DNA of 62,920 nt, counting the filler, from Stramenopiles sp. TOSAG23-3 (lineage: Eukaryota): the NCBI GenBank assembly GCA_900128585.1. It is 9 parts of 9 records of this genome, joined end to end, with 100 filler letters (N's around TTAATTAATTAA, not from the genome) between each part and the next. Parts side by side here need not be neighbours in the genome. Positions count along the whole stretch, not along the records: positions 1 to 7,659 come from LT643120.1; positions 7,760 to 15,405 come from LT643121.1; 7 more parts are not named here. The stretch is one strand, 5' to 3'. Numbering within the stretch: the first letter of the stretch is position 1; each line of letters begins with the position of its first letter. The notes under the pieces were generated by a model. It ran no database searches and was not told the origin of the DNA. It saw nothing but the letters and a program-made list of their open reading frames with translations. Of this stretch, positions 1 through 10,900 are shown one piece after another. A program made the translations under genes and the position numbers.

Positions 1-4
1 ACTA

Positions 5-445
5 ATGGCCAGGCGTATTCCAAATTCCAATGCTGTGTTGATAGTGAAAAAGGATGACATGAATTGTAATATTCTCAAGGTTGAAATGTACACCAGACAA
101 AACGCTGATGAGCACTATCTAGTGTTAGGGCCTTCCATGGGGCCCAAAGGAAAGAATGCTGGGTCAAAGAAAGGTGTCTACGACATGATTCGCGTAAAAA
201 AAGACAGTAATGTTAGAATAGATAACTTATTCGAAAAAGAGATAACTACAAAACCCATCAACGAAATGATGAAAGTACCCATGAGTGAAAAATATACACA
301 CGATAAGAAGTGGATCGACGATGTGATAATTTGGTATCACGAAAGAGAGGTGTCATATACTCCTGCAAAGGCGAAACTACCCCGTGTTATGCCGACTGAC
401 ACAGAGTTAGAATCGGTTCGAAACTTCGAAGTAAATACCAAGTAA
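5..445 (+). CDS. hypothetical protein (possibly 5'-truncated by the window edge)
   Basis: 146-aa ORF with protein-like composition followed by an abrupt AT-rich tail; the frame is open to the window start; no recognised motif. Confidence 0.5.
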   Translation: MARRIPNSNAVLIVKKDDMNCNILKVEMYTRQNADEHYLVLGPSMGPKGKNAGSKKGVYDMIRVKKDSNVRIDNLFEKEITTKPINEMMKVPMSEKYTHDKKWIDDVIIWYHEREVSYTPAKAKLPRVMPTDTELESVRNFEVNTK

Positions 446-562
446 GGTAATAATAATTTCAAAGATAAAAATGAACTACCATATCATAGCTTTTTATTTT
501 ATATTTATATGAAGAAAAAAAATATTATACAGTATTATTTATATGATAGTCATAATTATTTG

Positions 563-804
563 AAACCAAAAACTGGCTGTTAAGTAATTAAAATTCATCT
601 TCTTTATGTACCGCGAATGTGAATCTCCTTCTTTTGTCCATTAAAGGTTTACGGTTAAGCAATTAAAATTTCTTCCTTATGTACCGCGAATGTGAATCTG
701 CTCCTTTTGTCCATTAAAGGTTTTTCGTTCCTTCATGTACTGCGAACTTATCTCTCTGCTGTGATTTTACTAATCAATTTACTCTTGTCACTTATTCTTG
801 ACTA
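563..804 (+). repeat. copy of the dispersed post-stop-codon element, with an internal ~74-bp tandem duplication
   Basis: AAACCAAAAACTGGCTGTTAAGTAATTAAAATT at 563-595; 580-653 is repeated at 655-723; ATGTACTGCGAACT...TGTGATTTTACTAATCAA...GTCACTTA..CTTGACTA at 735-804 aligns by eye with 12418-12498. Confidence 0.8.
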
Positions 805-2156
805 TCATGGTAGATAAATTGTACTAGAATTTTAGAATATTTTTTTCGGATTTAGATATAGTATATAGAACCTAAGAAAAGAAAGTTCCCAAATTATAGA
901 GACTCAACAAATATTTTGGAATCCCAGAGTCCGGAGTGGCAAGCACTTCTCAAGAAGATCCTGCCGGACTTAAAAAAGTATAACGATGATGAAGGAATCT
1001 TCATAACAACAATGCATCTCTATGCTATGACTCTGTATTACATTCTTATAATAGCTCCTTACACTTTCGATCAAAACCTACTCACTTCTTCCTTCCTCCG
1101 AACATCTTCATCATCATTTAACTGCGGCGCACGCTTTATTAGTCCGTAATAGCATTCATTTACTTATCCAACTTTCGGCTGCTGCGAAGTTCTGAAGATG
1201 GCGGATCGATGTATACAAACGTAATTTATTAATATCTACATAGCATTGAGAAAAGTTCTAGTTTACGCTGTTTTTCCATCTAAAATGCAACTTTCGCGTA
1301 TAATCACTTCAATACAAAATGATATTTTATCATTTTTACTTGATAGGTAAAGTTATAGTTATAAGAAAAACACTACATTTTGGTGCCTGAACTGGTATCT
1401 TTAAGGAAAGTGGATTTTTGTCTATTATTATATTGTAGTGATAATTCAAATAGGGTTTATTTTTGGGCAATGGATGTCATATGACTGGAATGACTCAAAA
1501 ATATATATTCGTTCAAAAGCTGCCACACAGTGTGTAATACCTCGTAGACGACTAGGAAACTATTCCTCTAAACACATCAAGTTTTGTTTCTTTAAAAAAA
1601 TATTCTTTCCCTCCCGCAATTTAAATAATTTGCAGACTCTGGTTTCCCTATCAAGTTGTTTTTTAGAAGACAGCTCTTTGATCATCTAAATACAAATTAA
1701 TACGAATATACGAATTGCAAGTACAGCGTTGGTGTAAAAACATCTGCAGAATTATATTTGTTATATGCCGAATCTGCTGCTTATTCCCTTCTAACTACTA
1801 CTAAGCTGTGACAGTATAGCTATGCACCAGCAACCGGCAGCGTGTTATTATGCTGTGTTCTAAAATGCAAAAATACAGATAGGAAAACTAGTAGTGTACC
1901 CCATGAATTGAGAACAATTCTGTCATCTACTCCCTCTGCGTCCACATTACTTAGTGTAGTAGATGCCATGGCAATTTGATCATATGCAACAATTTGATCA
2001 TATATTAGTCCCCTAGTTGCGAATTATAACACCCGCGTTTTGGTCGGTCTGTGCCCAAACGAATACTAGCATTTGTCGTTGTCCAAAAAGAAGATACGCT
2101 GGATCCATAGGCAAGGCGAGTTCCTTCAACCAAGTGCGCGCGAACGACTTAGAACG

Positions 2157-3023
2157 ATGTCCCGGGCTCCTTCTAACATGGCCCTTCTGTCAGTATTGTT
2201 TTCTATAATTAACTTGATGTATGTAGGGCATGCCAGCTTTTTTGAGGATCTCAGAATGGCTTTTCTCGGGGGCGCAAAGGGAGACCCATCGATTCAATGG
2301 GGCAAAACTGAAGAATTGGTATACATTTTAGATGACCTAGGCAATCACAGAAAAGTTGGCTTAAAAAGGTTTAATGACCCTTTAAATGCGCCAGAAATCA
2401 AAGCAATGTCGTCTCAACCCATCATGGCAACCAAGCCTGTCGCGCAATACCCATGGCAGGAAAAGTCTCGTGGCGAATTTCGGGACAATAACCCCAATAT
2501 CGAGGACCATTTACATAAAATCAAAAGCCCTCTAGATGCGAACCAAAACCAGCGTTGGACGGCGTTTCTTATGACGAACTCTTCCAGTTGCATAGAAACA
2601 TTAAAAATAGAAGATCAGCCAGTTCATTGGGGTGCAACAAGGAAGCCACACTTCGATAGTGGTATGGCAAATTTTCTCCATGATGAATTCAAACAGACGA
2701 TCTATGATAATCATATACTTCGCGTGGAAATCATATACGAATTTGTTTCTGGTAGAAAAACTATTGCTGAAAGATTTGAAAGTGCAAGAACCCAAGGAGA
2801 ACGGGTAATCTATCATATTCGGAGAGATTCTGGCGAGCGTATATCATTCAATGGAACATGGTGGTTTTCACACGGTGCAAACATTAAGTTTAAAAAAGAC
2901 AACTTAAGCGATACATATTTTTCTATGGATGATGGTTCTTTTGGGGCGGCTGAAGGGAACGTTGGAGGGCACACAGAAGCGAGTTGCCTTCATGGAAAAG
3001 AAAACAGGTTTGGGGGTGCATAA
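2157..3023 (+). CDS. putative secreted hypothetical protein, C-terminus probably disrupted
   Basis: ATG at 2157 is followed by a signal-peptide-like stretch (MALLSVLFSIINLMYVGHAS). The long open frame ends abruptly where a minus-strand open block begins. Confidence 0.65.
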   Translation: MSRAPSNMALLSVLFSIINLMYVGHASFFEDLRMAFLGGAKGDPSIQWGKTEELVYILDDLGNHRKVGLKRFNDPLNAPEIKAMSSQPIMATKPVAQYPWQEKSRGEFRDNNPNIEDHLHKIKSPLDANQNQRWTAFLMTNSSSCIETLKIEDQPVHWGATRKPHFDSGMANFLHDEFKQTIYDNHILRVEIIYEFVSGRKTIAERFESARTQGERVIYHIRRDSGERISFNGTWWFSHGANIKFKKDNLSDTYFSMDDGSFGAAEGNVGGHTEASCLHGKENRFGGA

Positions 3024-3450
3024 TGGTGCCGAGTCAACTTGCGTCACAACATATCTGTAGCATATTATTAAGTTTGTATTTTGCAATAAAGAAGATTCAG
3101 TTGGGACGATTATCAAGGTCGCATTCATCGTACGATTAGGTATATTCAATTGTATTTCATTTTTTGAAAATGTGCAAGATACAGCCGATATATGGGTGCT
3201 TTCCCAACCACGAAATCCCTCAAGCAACCAATTTTTTGACTCTCTTGCAATTATATTTTCCGTCCGATTATAGACATGACTACCGGTTTGGCACGCATCG
3301 TCGCCACTTCTCCACCATTCACTGCACTTGGCAACGCTATAATCACTGCGCAAATCTGATGTTCTGTAACAAATTGTGGCACTCTCATGTATACTGTTTA
3401 CGGCATGTGAGAGAGTTTGATTATTAGCAATTTCCAATTTAACTGATGCT

Positions 3451-4737
3451 GTGGAAAAGAACAGGAAATTGGGAGGAGGACGAGGAGGACGAGGAGGACG
3501 AGGAGGACGTGGCGGGCGAGGGGGTGGCGGTCGTGCAATGCGTGGACGAGGTATACGTTCAAACGCGGTCGCTATGGGAAAACATGCAGCAGGCAGAGGC
3601 CGTGGTCGCGGTCGCGGTCGCGGTCGTGGAAGAAACAGACGATTAGGACGATCGGTTCGATCTGCATTTACAGTGAAACCACTCTCATTTGCGTGGGCAC
3701 TTCCGAAAGCACCGCCGCCATCAGATGAGGACGGAACCCCTACAGTTCAGCAGAACAAAGAAGCAACTATAAACAGCGGTAAAATATCACCTGCTGGTAA
3801 TGGTTCTGACCCGGACGCTCTTACCCAAAATTGCGAGAACTCCCTAAAAACTGTTGTAAAGCTGTGCAAAAACAAGTCAATAAATTTTAGGGATTTCCTA
3901 ATTAGTCTTGACAAAGATGAAGATGGCTATTTAAGTCACATTGAATTTCGAATGGGTTTGAAACGAAAGCTTGCCCTGGAACTTTCAGACGAAGAGTTTC
4001 AAGGAATTATTTCCCACATTGATAAAGATGGAACGGGAGAGATTGAAATTGCAGCTTTGGTCAAATTTACTGCCCAACATAAGAAAAACAGAAAGCGGAA
4101 CTTCGGACGAAGTGGGAGAGGTCGGGGACGTGGGCGCGGGCGTGGCATAATTGGGATTGGAAATGTAAACCCAAAGCAATTAGGGCAAGAGGATCCACCA
4201 CCAAGCCGCGATCGTTCAGCACCTGCGACACCATTAACTGGAGTCGGGGGTCGCAGGTTTGTCGCCCCACCTTCGAATAAAATACAACCTGTGCAGGAAG
4301 TAGAAACAGAAAAAGGAGAATCTTCCTCAAAATATGTGGTTTCAAAGGAATCAAAATCTACTTTATCTACCAAAATAGATTCTTCATACAAGGTAAAACA
4401 GATTCTATCAGAATCAACAAAGACTGGTGATATCCACAACGAAACAAAAAGACAACAATTGGTATCGTCTGGAAAAGCATCTCCGAAGTCATCTCCAAAA
4501 TCAAAATCACCAATTGGGCCCATAAAAAGCTTACAGGCACCAAAAGGTGGGTCAAAATACTTGATCAACAGGTATGCTTCTTCTTCTGATTCCTCGTCTG
4601 AATCTGATGTCGAAGAAGAAAAAGCAAGGCTTGGACGAGGGCGAGGGAGGGGTAGAGGGAGAGGCAGGGGTAGAAGAGGTCGAGGACGTGGAAGGGGTAA
4701 AGGTCGAGGGATTGATATCAAGCTACCATCCATTTGA
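3451..4737 (+). CDS. EF-hand pair protein with RG/RGG low-complexity blocks (5' end uncertain)
   Basis: Two EF-hand loops, DKDEDGYLSHIEF and DKDGTGEIEIAAL, plus several RG-repeat tracts. The first in-frame ATG is only at 3538. Confidence 0.75.
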   Translation: MEKNRKLGGGRGGRGGRGGRGGRGGGGRAMRGRGIRSNAVAMGKHAAGRGRGRGRGRGRGRNRRLGRSVRSAFTVKPLSFAWALPKAPPPSDEDGTPTVQQNKEATINSGKISPAGNGSDPDALTQNCENSLKTVVKLCKNKSINFRDFLISLDKDEDGYLSHIEFRMGLKRKLALELSDEEFQGIISHIDKDGTGEIEIAALVKFTAQHKKNRKRNFGRSGRGRGRGRGRGIIGIGNVNPKQLGQEDPPPSRDRSAPATPLTGVGGRRFVAPPSNKIQPVQEVETEKGESSSKYVVSKESKSTLSTKIDSSYKVKQILSESTKTGDIHNETKRQQLVSSGKASPKSSPKSKSPIGPIKSLQAPKGGSKYLINRYASSSDSSSESDVEEEKARLGRGRGRGRGRGRGRRGRGRGRGKGRGIDIKLPSI

Positions 4738-4769
4738 AAAACGAGAAGAAGAGAAAAGCATTTTTAAAT

Positions 4770-4836
4770 TAAATAACAGCCAATTTTCTATTAATGTACT
4801 GCGAACTGAGCTCTAAATTTAGACCTTCAAGCTTTA
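4770..4836 (+). repeat. copy of the dispersed post-stop-codon element, first module inverted
   Basis: TAAATAACAGCCAATTTTCT is the reverse complement of AGAAAATTGGCTGTTATTTA. It is followed by ATTAATGTACTGCGAACTGAGCTCTAAATTTAGACCTTC, matching 58023-58062. Confidence 0.85.
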
Positions 4837-5149
4837 AACCTTTAATAAAAAAATATATATATGATAATAGACACTAGTAAAAAAAAATATATAGTTTAAA
4901 AAAATAAATATAATGAAGAGCGTAATAATGATGATGATGATGGCTGTTATTTATTATAATTCAGACGCGCTACTCCTCAGAAAAATCGGAAATCCCCCCC
5001 CATTTAAAAAAAATAGAGTCTTTTATATATAACTCCTTAAACTGTGGAGAAAAAAGAATATTTTTTAGTCTTTTATATATTATAAGTATACAAATAAATA
5101 CATTATCCTAGCACTGTTTTAAGGCTATTATTTACATTGTTATATCGGT

Positions 5150-5252
5150 GCGGTACCTGGTACCTGAGGAACCTGTACCAGGTAAATTCCGAATACCAGG
5201 TACCCGTATAATACCTGCACAGTACCCGTACGTACCGGTACGGGTACCTGTA
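5150..5252. repeat. GTAC/GGTACC-rich palindromic low-complexity patch
   Basis: Many GTACC/GGTAC units; 10-bp inverted repeat GTACCCGTAC...GTACGGGTAC at 5222-5247. Confidence 0.6.
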
Positions 5253-5456
5253 TTCAGAAGAGAAACGGAAACCGCAATCGAATACCGTTGGTACAGATAG
5301 TTTTGCTTTTTCAGTTGCTTAGAGCCTGCGTGTCTGCAACAGTGCTGCTTGAGACAGTCTCTCGTGATTTCGTGCAAATGCGCCCGCAGTTTGACTAGGG
5401 TAAGCAGCTACAAGTTTTAGTAACTGTTGAGTTGTGTGTCTGCTTGCTTGTGGCTT

Positions 5457-6377
5457 ATGAAAAACATATATCCAACACTGAAATGTCAAGAGTTTACACC
5501 GGAATGTATGCCCAAAGATGATCTTGTTCGTTCCTACGGAAACTTTACAGTCGTTTCTCATTATAGCCAAATGAGGTGCTGTAAAACTCACTTTTGTTTC
5601 AGAAGAGCAGTTGAATTTGCTTCTGAATACTATAGAAACAAGTACAATGTCCCTATATTTTTAACCGACGGCTCACTGTTAGGAGTTTATAGACATCACG
5701 CAACGCAAGTACCGTGGGAGAAAGACGCCGATGTAATGGCTGTACTCGGCGTCGTTCCTCACTTTTCTTTTGCGAACTACATAGACATCCTGATGTCCCC
5801 AAATAACGACCCAAACTATAATCAAACGTTTAAAGTGGTAAAAAATCGGAGGGACTCCTGTCATTTGTTTGTTAATAACTCGTTGTGTTTGGACATTTCT
5901 CTGTGGGTGGAAGCATCGCCTTTAAGGGGAATGCGGTATTTAAACTATATGAACCGTGAGTGGTCAAATGCGATTGATAATGTTCCATATAATGTTATTT
6001 TCCCCCCGCAACACTGTCCATGGTACGGTTCTAAATTGAAGGATTTGTGCATGGCAGATATGAAGGAGTACCTTACGTTAACGTATGGTTCAAATGTTTT
6101 AGCGGGCCCTTCAAACCTAGTAGGTGGCGGAGAGTACAACCTTCAAGCGAAGCTTTTAAGTATGCGAAAAACAGAAGTAAAGGCAATTCTGGGTATATAT
6201 ACCGCGTTTATCCTGGCGGTTGTGTTTCATTCAAGGTTACGAAAGTCGGCGACTAAGGAAATATGCAACAGAAGAGTGCGGCACGTATTTCTTTACGCGT
6301 GTGGGGGGGTGCTGGTGATCACAGCTCACTGTATTCTTTTGGTTTGGGTACATTTAACCTTCGTTAAGTTTCCCTAA
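5457..6377 (+). CDS. LicD/fukutin-family nucleotidyltransferase-fold protein with two C-terminal TM helices
   Basis: FLTDGSLLGVYRH...PWEKDADV matches the LicD signature GTLLGAxRH...PWDxDxD; also LDISLW and YLTLTYG. Two hydrophobic C-terminal segments. Confidence 0.8.
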   Translation: MKNIYPTLKCQEFTPECMPKDDLVRSYGNFTVVSHYSQMRCCKTHFCFRRAVEFASEYYRNKYNVPIFLTDGSLLGVYRHHATQVPWEKDADVMAVLGVVPHFSFANYIDILMSPNNDPNYNQTFKVVKNRRDSCHLFVNNSLCLDISLWVEASPLRGMRYLNYMNREWSNAIDNVPYNVIFPPQHCPWYGSKLKDLCMADMKEYLTLTYGSNVLAGPSNLVGGGEYNLQAKLLSMRKTEVKAILGIYTAFILAVVFHSRLRKSATKEICNRRVRHVFLYACGGVLVITAHCILLVWVHLTFVKFP

Positions 6378-6436
6378 ATATAAGACACTAAAAAATAAAA
6401 TATACTGTCAAGTAATTTATAAAGACCAAAAACAAA

Positions 6437-6661
6437 CTATATATAATTTGTTTTTCTTATATTTATATAAAAAGACCAACAAGGCAACATGCCGTAGTCG
6501 TCAATGAATTCGATTCCCGTTTCTTTTATATGAAATGTGTCCCCACACTCAATTGGCTGGTAGCACAAGTTAAGATGGTACGCGTCCCCGTCTTTGCCAC
6601 AGACCACCGCGCAGACGAAGATGAAGAAAACCGATGGGAACCCACGCGGTAGAAGATGCAT
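6437..6661 (-). CDS. short ORF or gene relic with signal-peptide-like N-terminus
   Basis: MHLLPRGFPSVFFIFVCAVVCG start in GC-richer DNA, running into an AT-rich tail. Confidence 0.25.
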   Translation of the reverse strand: MHLLPRGFPSVFFIFVCAVVCGKDGDAYHLNLCYQPIECGDTFHIKETGIEFIDDYGMLPCWSFYINIRKTNYI

Positions 6662-7659
6662 TGTGTTGACCACCCTACAAGTAAACAACAATTGGCAATT
6701 GTCGATAAAATGAAAGTTTATGCAACATAGGGAACAACCGTTGCACTTTTTGCAAACGGTTTATTAGTCGTCTCCTCGTATACTGAGCTCGTATACAGTC
6801 GAAAAAGACCACTTTTCCAGACAATTAAATCCGTCAAAAATGCATTAAAAACTATTTTAAGCCTAATAAAATAAAATATAGAGGGTAATTATAATTTAAT
6901 TGAAATTGTTGCGCAGAAGACAATGCCAAAATTTGTAATCCGACTTTAATTTTATTGCGGTCCTCCCGTCACTCACTCACTGTCTGGCCTATTACATTGA
7001 TCATAGATTGGCAAGTCTATAATCTTCCTCCTGGTAGTCTAATCGAGTTACCGTAATTACCTAGTACAATATAGAAGTCGTCTTCTGGTTTCATGCTAGC
7101 TGTCTGTTGAATATCGTCGTCTACTGTAGTTAGTATTAGTGGGTTTATCAACAAACATCTTTTCGTTCGTTCTACGTCAGAAGAAGAATGTTGATGAAGA
7201 AGAATGCAAAAAATAAATAAATATCAATGGTATACGAGGAGTGCTGTAAATAATAATGTTGGGGAAAATAAATATTAATAATTTCGCACAAGGGTTTGGT
7301 TAATTTGACAGGTTCCTCCTCCAAGTTACAGGTACTCGTTGAATAATTTCCCCGATTTTCCCCAATGTTCCCTTGACACCTTCTTTGACCTATTTACTTT
7401 AAGTTACGCATAGGCAGTGTCTCTGCGAGTGGGCATAGTTGGGCAAGAAGTTATTCGGGGTTTTCTGGTCCCTGTTCAATTTAATTCATTTGGGCCCTCC
7501 TTTCACGTTGTTCGCCATGGAGCTTTCAGCAGTGGACCGTGTTTATTACGCCGTTGGCTCTCCTTTGCCCTCTCAAAGAAGAGTCAACTGAGACGGCAGA
7601 GCCATTCCCGTCGCCCCAGGATTCTGGATGGTCGAAAGAATCGCGACAAGGAGTCACTG

Positions 7660-7759
7660 NNNNNNNNNNNNNNNNNNNNNNNNNNNNNNNNNNNNNNNNN
7701 NNNTTAATTAATTAANNNNNNNNNNNNNNNNNNNNNNNNNNNNNNNNNNNNNNNNNNNN
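7660..7759. other. artificial contig linker
   Basis: N44-TTAATTAATTAA-N44; the 12-mer has stops in all six frames. Confidence 0.99.
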
Positions 7760-7988
7760 CAGTTTGGAATCAGTTGGTAATTGATACAATAATATACAAC
7801 GTACGTATATTAAATCGGTTTACTATAATAAATTTTTATACAACGAAGTTCTTAAGCACCATTTTATCTTTGTCCTCGTCGTCTTTGCAATAACAGAAGA
7901 AAACAAACACACCGTTTTTCATTTTTAAGCAAGCTGTTTTTTAGTACGAGTTTCAATTTCTACCCCTTTTTTGCAGCAGTACAACACC

Positions 7989-10900
7989 ATGAACGGTTCG
8001 AATGCCTTTTTAAAAAACGGTACCAACAATGGCACGCATGGTGCAGGTCACGGGCTGCACGCCCACAAAGCTGGGGGACAGGGCGAAGTGCACTTCGTAG
8101 CTCTTATGTTGTTCGTGGGTTTTTTTGTCCACAAACTCCAACCGCACATTTTCCGAGGGGCCATCCCGTACACCGTTCTGCTGCTTGTCTTTGGGGTTAC
8201 GGTAGGCGGGTTCCACCTGATGACGATATACGATTACTCCAAATCGCCGCCGGTATACGCCGGGCACGTAAATGCTTGGGACCCGATCGAGTGCGATGAA
8301 AACGACGCAACCTGTGCGAGCATGTGGACCGGAAATTTCTTCAAGTTGGTGCTCATGAACAACGTGGATCCCCATGCGATCATGTTTGTCTTTTTGCCAC
8401 CACTAATATTTGAGTCCGCGTTTTACGTCGATGCGCATATATTCTTAAGGGCGTTCAAATCGATCGTGGCCATGGCAGTTGTCGGTGTGATCGTCGCAAG
8501 CACCGTCACCGCCCTGTTTGTCATGGCCATTTACCCGAATTACACAGTAAACGCAAAAGTTGATCTGACGGTGTACGGGCAAGTGTTGCCCGCGCTTTTG
8601 CTGGGCACTACCCTCTCGGCCACGGACCCAGTTGCGGTCGTTTCGCTGCTGAATTCCTTAGGTGCGCCGAAAGCGTTGGCGACGCTGATCGAGGGAGAGT
8701 CGCTCCTGAACGATGGGACGGCGTATGGCCTGTTTCTGCTGTTCCTGGAATTGACAAAATTTAACCTCTCCCTGGAAGATGCTCCAGAGTACATCTGTGA
8801 CTCCGCGCACGAAGTGCCAGGGTGCGTGAAGGACTACAGTTCCGTTGGGACCATCGTAGTAATGTTTGCTTTGCTTGTGTTTGGAGCGGTTTTAATAGGC
8901 GGTTCTATCGGGTACCTGTCTACGCTGACCATTGCTTTTATTTACGACAACAAAGTCATGGAGTGCATGGTTACCGTCATAGCAGCGTACGGGGCCTGGA
9001 TTGCCGGGGAGGCCTGCCGCGCGTCAGGGGTGCTGGCGGTGGTGGCCTGCGGGGTGGTGATGGGGATGCACAAGGAAATGCTGAGCGATGAATCCACCAG
9101 GGAGTTTGTTAAAGAATTCTGGGAGGTGGTGTGCTACATATTGAACACGATCCTGTTTGTCATAAGTGGTATTATGATCGGGTTCAACATATTTGATTCA
9201 AGGAATCGAATAAGCTTTTTCAAGGACTTCGGGCTCCTGCTGATCTTGTATGTGGTCATTCACGTTGCGCGCGCAGTGGCTTTGGCAGTCCTGCAACCCT
9301 GCCTCAACAAAGGCGTTTGCAAAGGGAAATATTCCAGATACGATTTTGACCATCGTCACTCCATTGTTATGTGGTGGGGAGGTTTGCGAGGCGCCGTGGG
9401 GCTTGCTTTGGCCTTAATTGTAGCCCACGATCCATTTTGGAAGGCCCTTGACGACAGGTATTGCAGCATTCACAAATGCTGTGGAGACGGCACCGAGGGA
9501 AGCGGCACGTGCTGGCAGAAGAAGCTCTACTTCCAGACGGCCTTTGGGGAAATATTTATGTTCCAAGTGGGGCTGATCGTCTTTTTGACCATCGTTGTCA
9601 ATGGAATAACGACAGGCAAATTGGTCAAGTACTTCAACCTGCAAAAAGGAGAAAGTCTTCTGGATAAGGCACGCTTTAGCCGCGTTTGCCAAGACATGGA
9701 CAACGAGCTCTTCAAAAAGATGAAAATGCTTCAATCGGCAGACGAAAAGTTTATTTTGCGGGGGGTCCTGAGCCGGAAGTCTGGGTCCCGCATTCAGTGG
9801 GACCAAGTCTACAGATACCTTCCCATCGCAGACCAAGTTGTGTTTGATCAACGAATTTCGAGAGGGTTGATCAAACCACATTTTGGCGACCGGCTTGACA
9901 TGGAGCATCCCAAACGATTGCGTCACCGGTGGAAAAAGTACGTCGAAAATTATAGCATGTCCAACTTGACCCTCTACCACTCAGAGAGTGGCCAGGACTC
10001 TTCCATTGTCTTTCAAAACCATGATGCCATAGATGCCCTTAAAATGCGATCCCAGCTACACGAGGAAGCCCTTGAACTAAACGATCTGAGAGTAAAGTAC
10101 ATCAATCTAGTAAAAGAAAACTACTGGGAACTTTTATCAGAGGGGTACTTGCCCGTTCAACAGCTGGATATTTTAAAGAACGCCGAAAACACACAAAAGG
10201 ACCGAATTGACAAACACATTTGGCAAATGAATCAAACTGGTTTTGGAGATGACTCAGACTCAATTGAAGAATTGAGCGATTTGTACTTGCAAGGCGGCAA
10301 TTTGAACGAATTTCGACATGGGGTTGAAAAACATGCAGAGCCTCCACCTTTTTTATCCGCACTGCACGCCGCTTTTAAAATGGTGCCAGGCCTCGCTTCG
10401 TTCATTGCAAGCACGCTAAACCGTGCGATCACGAGGGACTACAGTTTGATCGAAAACTTTGTACATGCGCATCGCGAGGCAATCCATGAACTGCATCTCC
10501 GGCACAATGATTTGGCAAAGTACGATTACACTTTGGACATGGTCGTGCATGAAGCAAAAGAGCAGGTTGCAGAAGCCATGAATAAACTCGACGGGTTGGG
10601 CCGTTTGTACGAGAACGTCATAGAGCGCCATGAAACGGTGACGGCGACCGCCGTTTTGCTGAATTACGAAATCAAACTTATAAAGCGCAAAATAGAAAGT
10701 GGAGAGCTAGAAGAAGAGGATGGGCACAAGTTGCTGCATCACGTATACGTGAGCAAGCAGAAACTCAAGAGTCACCCAGTCCCAAAAGTAATGAACACCA
10801 CCCTCGAAGATTATCTGGACAGAGCGCTGCTGTCGGATGATTCCCCGGCAAATTTCATGAAGTACATGGCTTTACGAATGCCTGAGAACGTGTATTCGGA

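Noticed and set aside
916-1689. Short ORFs 916..1149 and 1438..1689
   Set aside because: Non-ATG starts, no motifs and AT-rich; at most unrecognisable gene relics.
6736-6761. Hairpin AACCGTTGCA-CTTTT-TGCAAACGGTT resembling a terminator
   Set aside because: A single short stem in eukaryotic intergenic DNA with no supporting context.
7660-7759. Regularly spaced TTAATTAATTAA palindromes about every 7.7 kb
   Set aside because: Each is embedded in N44 flanks, and segment lengths fall monotonically (7646, 7634, 7626, 7611, 7604, 7589, 7576). They are artificial joins of length-sorted contigs, so no cross-linker gene cluster can be inferred.
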